Source of the DNA: Nitrosococcus oceani ATCC 19707
GTDB taxonomy: Bacteria; Pseudomonadota; Gammaproteobacteria; Nitrosococcales; Nitrosococcaceae
Direction of reading: 5' to 3'
DNA: 32,000 nt
Assembly: GCF_000012805.1 (NCBI RefSeq)
Contig: NC_007484.1
Span: 1,650,001 to 1,682,000 of the forward strand
Position numbers and translations under genes: made by a program
Part shown: positions 8,201-16,761 of the stretch, piece after piece
How positions within the stretch are numbered: position 1 is the first letter of the stretch
How the letters are laid out: every line of letters starts with the position of its first letter
The notes under the pieces: generated by a model
What the model saw: only the letters and a program-made list of their open reading frames with translations
What the model was told of the DNA's origin: nothing
Databases searched by the model: none

Positions 8201-9025
8201 ATGATTGATTTGCATTGCCATATTTTGCCTGGAATCGATGACGGGGCTTCTGATTTGGATACTTCCCTAGCCATGGCTCGCCTGGCGGTAGGAGAGGGAG
8301 TATCGACCATCGCGTGTACGCCCCATATCTATCCCGGGCTCTATGAAAATACAGTAGAGGGAATTCGGGCAGCCATAGAAAAGTTACGCTTGGCGCTGGC
8401 TGCCGAGGATATCCCGCTAGCATTGGTTATGGGCGCGGATATCCAAATTACCCCTGATCTGGGGAGAAAGCTGCAGACGGGTGAGGTGCCTACCCTAAAC
8501 GGTTCCCGCTATTTTCTCTTTGAGCCGCCTCACCATGTTTGCCCGCCAGGGTTCTCCGAACTAGCCTTCCGATTTTCCGCCATGGGTTATGTGCCCCTTA
8601 TCACCCATCCTGAGCGGCTGACTTGGATCGGCGATCACTATGAGGTGTTCGTTGACTTGGCGCTAAAAGGAGTTTGGATGCAGATAACCTCAGGCAGTCT
8701 TACCGGCCGTTTCGGGCGTAGCGCCCGCTATTGGGGAGAGCGTATGCTGGATGAGGGATTAGTGTATCTGCTTGCAACGGATGCCCATGGTTTGGAGCGC
8801 CGCCCGCCTTTGTTGAGCGAAGGGGCCATAGCTGCAGAGAAATGGGTCGGCGAGGAAGAGGCTAGGCGGCTGGTCAAGGGCCGGCCCCAAGCCATTCTTG
8901 CCGATGAGGCGCCTGATTCTGTTCCCCTTCCCCCCGCACTTAGGCCAGGAGTGGGTCCGGCGATTGGGACAAACCCGGCGGGAGTGGGACAACGGTTGTT
9001 CCGGTGGCTTGGGATTGGAGAATAA
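8201..9025 (+). CDS. PHP-family protein-tyrosine phosphatase (CpsB/YwqE type) of the capsule/EPS system
   Basis: MIDLHCHILPGIDDGA at the N-terminus and THPER motif. The track ORF begins at GTG 8183, but homologues start at the MIDLHCH methionine (8201). Confidence 0.88.
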   Translation: MIDLHCHILPGIDDGASDLDTSLAMARLAVGEGVSTIACTPHIYPGLYENTVEGIRAAIEKLRLALAAEDIPLALVMGADIQITPDLGRKLQTGEVPTLNGSRYFLFEPPHHVCPPGFSELAFRFSAMGYVPLITHPERLTWIGDHYEVFVDLALKGVWMQITSGSLTGRFGRSARYWGERMLDEGLVYLLATDAHGLERRPPLLSEGAIAAEKWVGEEEARRLVKGRPQAILADEAPDSVPLPPALRPGVGPAIGTNPAGVGQRLFRWLGIGE

Positions 9026-9107
9026 ATTTTACCTACTCTCTTCTACTATCTTCTCAAGGCGCTTAAAATTGGAATCTGCGACACTGCATACTTAAAGGGA
9101 AGGCCCA

Positions 9108-11369
9108 ATGAGCAACGAAGAGCAATCTCATCTTCCGGTTCCTAACCCTCAATCCGCCGGCGCGTTGGCCGATCGCCCCTCCTCCTCCATGGCCTTCCCG
9201 CAGTCGGGAGAATATCGCGGCCATCATGATGAGGATGAAATTAATCTGCTTGATTTATGGCAGATTTTAGTTCGCCGTAAGTGGACGGTGATTGTCTTTT
9301 TCCTCATTGTGACCACAGCAGGGATTACCGCTAGTTTTCTGATGACTCCTATTTATCGGGCTGGTGTTACTTTGCTTATCGACCGTGAGCCGCCAAAGGT
9401 GGTGGACTACCAGGAGATTGCGCCGGTTGAGTCGCCGGCCTCCCGGGAGGATTTCTACCAAACCCAATACGGACTTTTAAAAAGTCGTAGTCTAGCAAAG
9501 CAGGTTTTTGAGGAACTTGATTTGGCCCATCATCCGGTTTTTGCCGTGGAACAGAAACCCTCCTTTTGGAGCAGGCTTATGTCCAAGGAAGAGGAAACGG
9601 GGGGGCAGGAAAAAGAAAAGCTGATTGAACGGTTTCAAGAAGAAATTACCGTGGAACCCGTCAGAAATTCCCGGCTGGTAAAAATCTATTATGACAGTCC
9701 CGATCCGGAGCTATCCGCCCAGGTGGTCGAAACATTGGGCCAGGCGTTTATTACTGCTAATTTGGAACGCCGTTATGATGCTACCGCCTATGCCCGTGAT
9801 TTTCTAAAAGATCGACTCCTGCAAGTTAAAGCCCGGCTGGAGGAAACGGAGCAAAAATTGGTTGAGTATGCGAACAATCATGAGATCATCACTTTTGAGG
9901 AAGGCCAATCCCTTGCGGCGCAAAATTTAAAAGAAATAAGCGCCTCCCTTTCTGAAGCCCAGCAAGAGCGAGCCAAGGCTAAGGCGCTTTACCAGCAGAT
10001 GCAAAAAACCAAGGGCCAGGGCCTCTCCCAAGTGTTGCAAAGCTCCATGATACAGCAGCTTAAGGAAAGCCTGGTGCGACTAGAAGGGGAATATGGAGAA
10101 AATCTTCATATTTATAAACCGGACTATCCCAAGATGAAGCAGCTCCGCGACCAAATCGACAAGCTGGAGGGAAAAATCGACGGGGAGGTAAAAAATATCC
10201 GAACCGCCATCCAGTCAAACTATGAAGCGGCGGTAAGCTTGGAAAATTTATTGGCGAGCAAGGTGAAGGCGGCCAAAGAGGAAATCAAGGATCTGGCGCA
10301 ACGAAGCATTGAGTATCAGGTGCTTAAGCGGGAAACCGATACCAACCGCCAGCTCTACGAAGGGCTGCTGCAGCGTTATAAGGAAGTTGGCGTGGCTGGC
10401 GGCGTGGGACTCAACAATATCTCGGTCGTGGACCCGGCCAAAATTCCTTTGGAATTCCACACCCCCAACATTCCGCTCAATACCCTTGTGGCAATGCTGT
10501 TAGGGCTTTTTGGTGGCATCGGACTGGCATTTCTGTTTGAACATTTAGACGATACCTTGAAGCAATCGGAAGACATGGAGCGGGTGCTGGGATTATCTGT
10601 CTTGGGGCTTATCCCCGCCATTCCTAAGCCGGACAAAAGCCTTTCCGGGGAGGGAGGGCTAGCCTTAATAAGTATTGAGGATAAGCGATCGGCTTTTGCG
10701 GAAGCCTATCGTTCCGTGCGTACCGCCTTGCAGTTCTCCACCCCCGAGGGGGCGCCCAAGAGCCTGCTGGTGGTCAGTACCAGCAAGGGGGAGGGAAAGA
10801 GCACGACAGCGGCAAGCTTGGCCATTCACTTTGCCCAGGCCGGACAAAAGGTGCTCTTGGTGGATGGGGATTTGCGTAGCCCTTCCCTGCATCGGATTTT
10901 GGAAACCCCCAACGACACGGGGCTGACTCACTATTTGGCCGGGGAAGCCACGCCGGTGGACATCAGTCAGCCTACCACCATTCCTAACCTTTTTCTGATT
11001 ACCACGGGTCCTTTACCCCCCGACCCCGCCGGATTGTTGGGGAGCGCGAAGATGATGTCCTTGCTTTCCACGGCCAAGGAGAAATTTGATCATGTCATCG
11101 TGGATTCTCCACCGGTGCTAGGATTAGCGGATGCATTGATATTGGGTAATCTGGTGGATGGGACTTTGTTCGTCGTCGCTGCGGGACATACCCGGCGGGC
11201 GTTTGCGCAAGGGGCGATTAAGCGACTGGAAATGGGCCATACTCGGCTTCTGGGCGGGATATTAAACAAATTCGATAGCCGCAGCCATGGCTACGGCTAT
11301 CACGATTATTACTATTATCAGGGCGATTCCTCGCCTTCTTTACTTTCTTCGGATCAAAAGGTTGCTTAA
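9108..11369 (+). CDS. wzc: Polysaccharide co-polymerase / BY tyrosine autokinase (Wzc/GumC/EpsG-like)
   Basis: 753 aa. N-terminal TM followed by a long coiled-coil periplasmic region and a second TM. Walker A SKGEGKST, A' LLVDGDLR, B VIVDSPP. C-terminal tyrosine cluster HGYGYHDYYYYQGD. Confidence 0.92.
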   Translation: MSNEEQSHLPVPNPQSAGALADRPSSSMAFPQSGEYRGHHDEDEINLLDLWQILVRRKWTVIVFFLIVTTAGITASFLMTPIYRAGVTLLIDREPPKVVDYQEIAPVESPASREDFYQTQYGLLKSRSLAKQVFEELDLAHHPVFAVEQKPSFWSRLMSKEEETGGQEKEKLIERFQEEITVEPVRNSRLVKIYYDSPDPELSAQVVETLGQAFITANLERRYDATAYARDFLKDRLLQVKARLEETEQKLVEYANNHEIITFEEGQSLAAQNLKEISASLSEAQQERAKAKALYQQMQKTKGQGLSQVLQSSMIQQLKESLVRLEGEYGENLHIYKPDYPKMKQLRDQIDKLEGKIDGEVKNIRTAIQSNYEAAVSLENLLASKVKAAKEEIKDLAQRSIEYQVLKRETDTNRQLYEGLLQRYKEVGVAGGVGLNNISVVDPAKIPLEFHTPNIPLNTLVAMLLGLFGGIGLAFLFEHLDDTLKQSEDMERVLGLSVLGLIPAIPKPDKSLSGEGGLALISIEDKRSAFAEAYRSVRTALQFSTPEGAPKSLLVVSTSKGEGKSTTAASLAIHFAQAGQKVLLVDGDLRSPSLHRILETPNDTGLTHYLAGEATPVDISQPTTIPNLFLITTGPLPPDPAGLLGSAKMMSLLSTAKEKFDHVIVDSPPVLGLADALILGNLVDGTLFVVAAGHTRRAFAQGAIKRLEMGHTRLLGGILNKFDSRSHGYGYHDYYYYQGDSSPSLLSSDQKVA

Positions 11370-11378
11370 CGGTCTCCT

Positions 11379-12992
11379 ATGGCCGAGTCATCCAAAAAGC
11401 TGATAGGGTTACTGCTGGCCGCTTACCGGGATCCTCTCCGATATCAGCAACGGCTGAAAGGCTCCTTGCCGGAACCTTTTCAAAAAGTTTTACAACTCGC
11501 GGCGGGCAAAATGCCGGAGGAAATCCAGTCCTTGTGCGCGCGGTGGAACAGCAACCCAGAAGAGTTACGCAAAGCGGCCATCTTTTATGTGGAGCAGTCC
11601 TGCCTCCATGATGAGGAGAGTCCCTACCGGATCCTCGGCCTAAATCCGGGCGCCGATCGTCGCAAAATCCGCGCCCACTATCATCTTCTAATGGGGCTCC
11701 TTCATCCAGACCGGGCGGAGGCTAGCCAAAGCTGGAGAGATGCCTACGTGGTCCGGGTCAATGCAGCCTATCATAAGCTTCGCTGGTCGGATGGCCATCA
11801 AGCCCATGGCGGGGAGACCCAGGTTGCGAAAGCGAAAAACAAGAACAGGGCGCCCGTTCATTCCCGCCAGCGCGGACCAAAACAGAATTTTCTGCTCTAC
11901 TTGGTGCAGCGGTTTCCCAGAAGCATTCGTTATTTACCCCATTTCATTCTCGGGAGCGGAATGGTCATTACCCTCACATTAATGGCGAATCTTTATCTGC
12001 TTCACACCAGAGAGGATGGGGCGAAAGCACCCCTGCCGCCAGAGGAAAACGTCTCTTCCTTAAAAATAGCAAGCATGAAGCCGGAAGAATCTCCGACTCG
12101 CCCCGTACCGGAATCGCCCCCGTCCCGGTGGGAGGAGGAAGTAGCCCCATTCGCCCGCCAGGCAGATGAAGAAAAGGTGAAAGCCGATCTGAAGGAAAAC
12201 CAACCACTAAAAAAGCAGGGAGATGCAGGCCCTCCAGAAGCGCCCGATCCTTCCTTGGCGGCCCCCCAAGCCCGGATTGAGAAAAAGCCGCTATCGATCT
12301 TGTCCCGGGAGCAGGCGCCAACGGCAGCCCCATCCCCCCCCGACTCCCCATCGCTTGCTTCCGATAAAGCATTTTCCCCTGGGCCGGTGAAAACCGCCCG
12401 GCAAGCTCAACCGGAAGCGCCTCCTCCCTTGCCAGCAACGCTTCAGCCCTCCACGCCTCCCAGGGAGTCTCGGCCTGGGCCGTCCCTAAAGGAAAAAGAT
12501 TTTGCCGAGAAAAAGAAAAAAATGGCTTTCTCTGGGCTGCCCGGCGCAGCGCCTAATTCCGAAAGCCGTGAAGAGAGGGCAGGGAGGCCACACGAACCCG
12601 CGCCATTAGCGGCCTCTTCCGAGATTAAACGCCAGGCGCTAAATCGCCTTATAGAGCATTTTGTAACAGCTTATCAACAGGGTAATTTGGATAAGTTTCT
12701 CAGGCTATTTAGCGGCGACGCCAGCACCAATGATTATAGGGGCAAGGCGGCTCTCCGGCAGGACTATACCCGGTTTTTTTCTTCCACCCAGCGGCGGGAG
12801 TTGCGATTACAATCCCTCCAATGGCGGATTAAGGGCGACAGGGCCCAAGGAAAAGGACGCTATATCGTGCAGATTGCCAAAGCCAGCGGCACCTTTGAAG
12901 GCAAGGGGCAGATTCGTTTTCAAGTGCAAAACCAGCGGGGTGCCCCTCTGATTACGGGGCTTTTCAACACCGTGGATAGCGGACTTCAATAA
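11379..12992 (+). CDS. Membrane-anchored J-domain (DnaJ-like) protein with Pro-rich linker and NTF2/SnoaL-like C-terminal domain
   Basis: J domain YRILGLNPGADRRKIRAHYHLLMGLLHPDR with an intact HPD. One predicted TM (YLPHFILGSGMVITLTLMANLYLL). Long P/A/S-rich tract. C-terminal LIEHFVTAYQQGNLDKFLRLFSGDA... The stop overlaps the next start (TAATG at 12990-12994). Confidence 0.8.
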   Translation: MAESSKKLIGLLLAAYRDPLRYQQRLKGSLPEPFQKVLQLAAGKMPEEIQSLCARWNSNPEELRKAAIFYVEQSCLHDEESPYRILGLNPGADRRKIRAHYHLLMGLLHPDRAEASQSWRDAYVVRVNAAYHKLRWSDGHQAHGGETQVAKAKNKNRAPVHSRQRGPKQNFLLYLVQRFPRSIRYLPHFILGSGMVITLTLMANLYLLHTREDGAKAPLPPEENVSSLKIASMKPEESPTRPVPESPPSRWEEEVAPFARQADEEKVKADLKENQPLKKQGDAGPPEAPDPSLAAPQARIEKKPLSILSREQAPTAAPSPPDSPSLASDKAFSPGPVKTARQAQPEAPPPLPATLQPSTPPRESRPGPSLKEKDFAEKKKKMAFSGLPGAAPNSESREERAGRPHEPAPLAASSEIKRQALNRLIEHFVTAYQQGNLDKFLRLFSGDASTNDYRGKAALRQDYTRFFSSTQRRELRLQSLQWRIKGDRAQGKGRYIVQIAKASGTFEGKGQIRFQVQNQRGAPLITGLFNTVDSGLQ

Positions 12993-14326
12993 TGCACCTT
13001 CCTCAAACCGAGCACAGCCAATCGAATATGACTCTTTCCGGGCAAGCCGAGGCTGTGGAGCCCCGGGATAGGGATTATATCCTGCGAATAGCGCGGCTGA
13101 TCGGCTGGTTAGTCATCGGCGCCATACTCGTTTGGCGTATTGTCGTGATGGGCATGGCCGAATATTATGCACGGGAGGCCCCGGAAGAAGCCTTGGCATG
13201 GGACGCCCGGCACTCCCTTGCGTTGCGCAATCAAGGGGAACGCCTACTCGCGAGCGCGCCGGAGCGGGCCACTCAGCTATTGCAGGAATCCCTGTGGCAG
13301 AACCCCGCCGATGGGCGAACGTATGCTTTACTGGCCCTTCTTCGGGAAAGGGCGGGCAACGTGGATGCCGCCCGGCAGCTTATGGAGCGGGCTTCTTTGC
13401 TGGCCCCTCGGTTGTGGCCGGTACAGTTGGAGATCGCCGCTTTCTGGTTGCGGCAGCGGGAGTTGGAACGGGCGGTGCAAAGTTGGGATACCGCTTTACA
13501 GATGCAGCGTGCTCTTTCCAAGGAAATTTTTCCTGCCCTGCTTGGCATTGCCGAGTATCCCAGCCTACGCCCGGTTCTGCATCCCTTGGCCCAATCCGCT
13601 CCGGCCTGGTGGCCCGCCTTTTTTACCTACGCGGCAGTCAACACCGCCCAGCTTGAGACCTTGCGTGATTTATACCATGCTGCGGGAGAGACAACCGCTA
13701 CCACGGAAGAGCGGCGGGCATTTATTTCCCGGTTGCAACGGGAAGGCCACTGGCTGGAAGCCTATTTTACCTGGCTAAATGCCCTTGATGAGGCGGCCCT
13801 GCAAGGGCTGGGGAACCTTTTCAATGGCCATTTCGAACAACCCCTTTCAAACGGCGGGTTTGGGTGGCACTTTAAGCGGCCCCGGGGCGTGGAGATCAAT
13901 ACCGCCCCTACTTATGGAATGGAGGGTAAACGGGCCTTGCGGGTGGCGTTCCTAGGGCAGCGCGTTCGTTTTCAGCATTTATCCCAACCGCTTTTATTAC
14001 CGCCTGGCCACTATCAGATGGAGGGTAATGTTCGGTTGGATAATTTAGAGACCACCAAGGGCCTGCGATGGGTCGTGTCTTGTCTGACACCTGCTCAGCC
14101 GCGGCTGGCTGCTAGTGAGCATTTTGTGGGCGCCAGCCTCTGGCGCCGGTTTAACTTTTCTTTCGATGTGCCAAAGGAAGAGTGTGCGGCGCAGCTGTTG
14201 CGCCTGGAACTGGAGGGGCGCGCGCCTGCTGATTTCGAGGCGCGTGGGGTCGCTTGGTTCGATAGCCTAGCGATTGGGCGGATTACGGAATCAACTTTAG
14301 CGCGGAATTCCGCTCCTTCGGATTAG
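12992..14326 (+). CDS. Membrane-anchored TPR-repeat protein with beta-rich (carbohydrate-binding-like) C-terminal domain
   Basis: 444 aa. N-terminal TM (IGWLVIGAILVWRIVVMGMA). TPR-like helical repeats (...QNPADGRTYALLALLRERAGNVDAARQLMERA...). Translationally coupled to the J-domain gene. Function is inferred only from context. Confidence 0.7.
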   Translation: MHLPQTEHSQSNMTLSGQAEAVEPRDRDYILRIARLIGWLVIGAILVWRIVVMGMAEYYAREAPEEALAWDARHSLALRNQGERLLASAPERATQLLQESLWQNPADGRTYALLALLRERAGNVDAARQLMERASLLAPRLWPVQLEIAAFWLRQRELERAVQSWDTALQMQRALSKEIFPALLGIAEYPSLRPVLHPLAQSAPAWWPAFFTYAAVNTAQLETLRDLYHAAGETTATTEERRAFISRLQREGHWLEAYFTWLNALDEAALQGLGNLFNGHFEQPLSNGGFGWHFKRPRGVEINTAPTYGMEGKRALRVAFLGQRVRFQHLSQPLLLPPGHYQMEGNVRLDNLETTKGLRWVVSCLTPAQPRLAASEHFVGASLWRRFNFSFDVPKEECAAQLLRLELEGRAPADFEARGVAWFDSLAIGRITESTLARNSAPSD

Positions 14327-14344
14327 CAAAAATCCGCGTAAACT

Positions 14345-14362
14345 CCTGCCCCCTCGGGCGGG
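14345..14362 (+). repeat. Left-end subterminal hairpin of the IS605-family element
   Basis: CCTGCCC-CCTC-GGGCGGG: 7-bp stem (one G.U) with a tetraloop. The 3' arm is shared with the right-end hairpin. Confidence 0.55.
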
Positions 14363-14389
14363 GATACAAGCGGGAACTGCACAGCAGTT

Positions 14390-14803
14390 CTAGTCGGGTG
14401 TTTTCTGGCTTTGCACATAGGCTTTAAGTGTCTCGATAGTTGCCCCGCCCGCGCTACAAGCGAAATACGATCTCGACCACAGCGCGGCGCTCTTGCTCAA
14501 GTTCGGGAGGTGGGTATTCAACAAGCGCACGCGCCGGGATGAGGTGGACTTCAAGTTGTTGACCAACACGCTGATCGACAGCTTTGGCGGGTATTCCACG
14601 AGCAAATGGACGTGGTCTTCCTCGCCATCGAACTCAAGGATGCGGCAATCGAGTTTCTCGCAAGCTGACTCAAACGCCTCTCGTAGCTGCCCGAGTATAT
14701 AGCCATCGAAGACCTTGCCTCGGTACTTCGTTGTGAAAACGAGATGGACGACAAGCCGCGTAACGCTGTGTCGGCCTCGTCGATAATCTTCTTGCACACT
14801 CAC
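14390..14803 (-). CDS. tnpA: IS200/IS605 family Y1 (HUH) transposase TnpA
   Basis: HUH motif DHVHLLVEYPP. Catalytic Tyr region IETLKAYVQSQ. N-terminal YRRGRHSVTRLVVHLVFTTKYR. The track ORF runs to 14875, but homologues start near the in-frame GTG at 14803 or 14797. Confidence 0.9.
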   Translation of the reverse strand: MSVQEDYRRGRHSVTRLVVHLVFTTKYRGKVFDGYILGQLREAFESACEKLDCRILEFDGEEDHVHLLVEYPPKLSISVLVNNLKSTSSRRVRLLNTHLPNLSKSAALWSRSYFACSAGGATIETLKAYVQSQKTPD

Positions 14804-14847
14804 TTGATTTTCTTCGTTGCAGCCTTTAATCTGTAGGCATTGTAGCA

Positions 14848-16053
14848 ATGAACACTGATATGTTGAAAGCCACAAAGATACGCCTCTACCCTACGAGGGA
14901 GCAGGCGGAGTTTCTGAACCGCCAGTTCGGTAGCGTGCGGTTTTGCTATAACACCGGCCTTCGCATTATGTCTCACCGCTATAAGCGACACGGCCAATCC
15001 TTGAGCGCCAAGTATGACATCAAGAAATTGTTGCCTGTGGCCAAGAAGTCCCGTAAGTATGGATGGTTGAAGGAGGCGGATTCGGTTGCGCTCGCTCAAG
15101 CGTGTATCAATCTCGACAAGGCGTTTCAGCGTTTTTTCAAGGAAAAGAAAGGCTATCCCCGGTTCAAGCGCAAGCGTGGCAAGCAGTCGAGCTACCATTG
15201 CATGAGCGTGAGCTGCGGTGAAAGCTGGGTCAAGGTGCCGAAGCTCGGCCCCATCAAGGCTAGAGTTCATCGGTCCGTTGAGGGCAAATTGAAAAGCATC
15301 ACCCTGTCGCGCACCGTTACCGGCAAACACTACGCGTCTCTCCTGTATGAAACCGAGCAACCTGTCCCTGAGCCGATGACGGCTATCGACGCCACCAAGG
15401 TGCTCGGCTTGGACATGGGTCTCTCGCACCTGGCGATTGACTCCACTGGACGAAAAGTAGCCAATCCACGCTTTATCAAGCAGGTTCAGAAAAATCTCAA
15501 GCGCAAGCAACAGTCGCTGTCACGAAAGCAAAAAGGCAGTTCCAAACGAGCAAAAGCACGCCTACTGGTCGCTAAGGCTCACGAGCGGGTCGCTGATGCC
15601 CGCAGTGACTTCCAGCATAAACTGTCCCGGCAGATCGTTGACGACAACCAAGCGGTGATCGTCGAGACGCTGAAAGTCAACAACATGATGAAGAACGCCA
15701 AGCTCGCCAAGCATATCGGCGATGCCTCTTGGCACGCCTTGATCGCCAAGCTGGCATACAAGGCCAAGGAGCAGGGCAAACATCTGGTCAAGATCGACCC
15801 CTGGTTTGCCAGCTCAAAAACTTGCCATGTATGCCAGCACAAGATGGATGCCATGCCACTAAATATCCGGTCGTGGGCGTGCCCTACCTGCCACACGCGC
15901 CATGACCGCGACATCAACGCGGCGCTGAACATCCAACATCAAGGCATTTTGAAGTTGAAGGCGGAAGGGCTGTCCGTCTCTGCCCATCGAGGCTTGCGTA
16001 AATCCGGCATGCCGCCGGTGGCTGCCGTTGAAGTGGGAAGCTCCGTCCGATAG
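14848..16053 (+). CDS. tnpB: TnpB (IS605 OrfB) RNA-guided endonuclease, catalytic residues intact
   Basis: 401 aa. N-terminal KIRLYPTREQAEFLNRQFG. RuvC-I LGLDMGL, RuvC-II VIVETLKVNNM, Zn finger CHVCQH...CPTCH, RuvC-III HDRDINAALNI. Confidence 0.93.
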   Translation: MNTDMLKATKIRLYPTREQAEFLNRQFGSVRFCYNTGLRIMSHRYKRHGQSLSAKYDIKKLLPVAKKSRKYGWLKEADSVALAQACINLDKAFQRFFKEKKGYPRFKRKRGKQSSYHCMSVSCGESWVKVPKLGPIKARVHRSVEGKLKSITLSRTVTGKHYASLLYETEQPVPEPMTAIDATKVLGLDMGLSHLAIDSTGRKVANPRFIKQVQKNLKRKQQSLSRKQKGSSKRAKARLLVAKAHERVADARSDFQHKLSRQIVDDNQAVIVETLKVNNMMKNAKLAKHIGDASWHALIAKLAYKAKEQGKHLVKIDPWFASSKTCHVCQHKMDAMPLNIRSWACPTCHTRHDRDINAALNIQHQGILKLKAEGLSVSAHRGLRKSGMPPVAAVEVGSSVR

Positions 16054-16060
16054 GGCGGAG
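16041..16060 (+). repeat. Right-end subterminal hairpin of the IS605-family element
   Basis: CTCCGTCC-GATA-GGGCGGAG: 8-bp stem (one G.U) with a tetraloop, spanning the tnpB stop. Resembles the left-end hairpin. Confidence 0.55.
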
Positions 16061-16109
16061 AGCAGTCACCCAGAGCGCTATTAAGTTCTACTTAGAAAAG
16101 GAGAATTGT

Positions 16110-16649
16110 ATGAAAAGAAAAAGCTTTTTTATGGTCATCGTGGGGCTGGGAATTAGCTTATCGGCCCAGGCGGAACCTTCCTTTTTAACCTTGTCCCAGG
16201 TTGAGGGCATCGTGCTGGTCAATCAGGACAAGCAATTCGCACGGGCCCATAACGGCATGGTTCTAAGAGAAGGCGACCGGGTGGTAACCATGAAGGAATC
16301 CCAGGTAGCCCTGCGGTCCGAGCAGCATGATTGCGGCACATTTCTGCAGGAAAATAGCCTGCTGACCGTCCCTGGCAACTTGAATTGCGAAGCCCTCACC
16401 CATACGAAAACGGAGCGTTATGCTGCCTTGGGCGATGAGGTTACGGTTCCACCAGCTCCAGGGACGGGCAACGCGGCTCCTCAGGGAGGAGGTAGCACTG
16501 CTGCTGCTACTACGCCGGGGACTACCGGGGGCGCTACCGGTGGAGGGATAAGCGCCACTGCTTCCCTTATTGTAGGGGGAGTCGTGGTAGCCGCCGGGGG
16601 TGGTCTTGCAGCAGGTCTGGCAGCAACCTCGGAGGCGAGTCCCGATTAG
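16110..16649 (+). CDS. Secreted FecR-like beta-sandwich protein with Gly/Ala/Thr-rich tail and hydrophobic C-terminal segment
   Basis: Strong RBS AAAGGAG. Signal peptide MKRKSFFMVIVGLGISLSAQA. FecR-like core (VLVNQDKQFARAHNGMVLREGDRVVTMKESQVALRS). Low-complexity GGGSTAAATTPGTTGGATGGG tract followed by LIVGGVVVAAGGGLAAGLAA. Confidence 0.65.
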   Translation: MKRKSFFMVIVGLGISLSAQAEPSFLTLSQVEGIVLVNQDKQFARAHNGMVLREGDRVVTMKESQVALRSEQHDCGTFLQENSLLTVPGNLNCEALTHTKTERYAALGDEVTVPPAPGTGNAAPQGGGSTAAATTPGTTGGATGGGISATASLIVGGVVVAAGGGLAAGLAATSEASPD

Positions 16650-16669
16650 AGATCATCTCTATCCTAAAT

Positions 16670-16692
16670 CCTCCCCCTCATGAAGGGGGAGG
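16670..16692 (+). terminator. GC-rich hairpin downstream of the FecR-like gene (possible terminator or REP-like element)
   Basis: CCTCCCCC-TCATGAA-GGGGGAGG: 8-bp perfect stem followed by AAGGGGAAGGG. No U-tract. The motif resembles the hairpin repeats at 19347-19530. Confidence 0.3.
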
Positions 16693-16761
16693 AAGGGGAA
16701 GGGTTTGTTCCCGCCAAAAAGGAAGAAATAAAATTTTTTCCCCATTCATAAAATATGAGCC

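Larger units (their letters stand above)
14330..16085 (+). mobile_element. Complete IS200/IS605-family insertion sequence (IS605 layout: divergent tnpA and tnpB); ends approximate
   Basis: Holds a Y1 (HUH) transposase and a TnpB. Related subterminal hairpins flank both genes, at 14345-14362 and 16041-16060, sharing the 3' arm GGGCGG(G/A)G. It starts within a few nt of the TPR gene stop (14326). Confidence 0.8.

Noticed and set aside
13132-13778. Alternative-frame ORFs (174 and 203 aa) inside the TPR protein gene, and 11974..12438(-) inside the J-domain gene.
   Set aside because: These are GC-rich off-frame ORFs with Arg/Pro/Gly-rich translations. The annotated frames carry the recognisable J-domain, TPR and TM features.
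14800-15510. 236-aa ORF on the minus strand.
   Set aside because: It is entirely antisense to the well-supported tnpB CDS (14848-16053). It is a shadow ORF with no recognisable motifs.
16110-16649. PEP-CTERM/exosortase sorting signal at the C-terminus of the secreted protein.
   Set aside because: There is no PEP motif before the hydrophobic segment, the tail ends in acidic rather than basic residues, and no exosortase gene is in the window.
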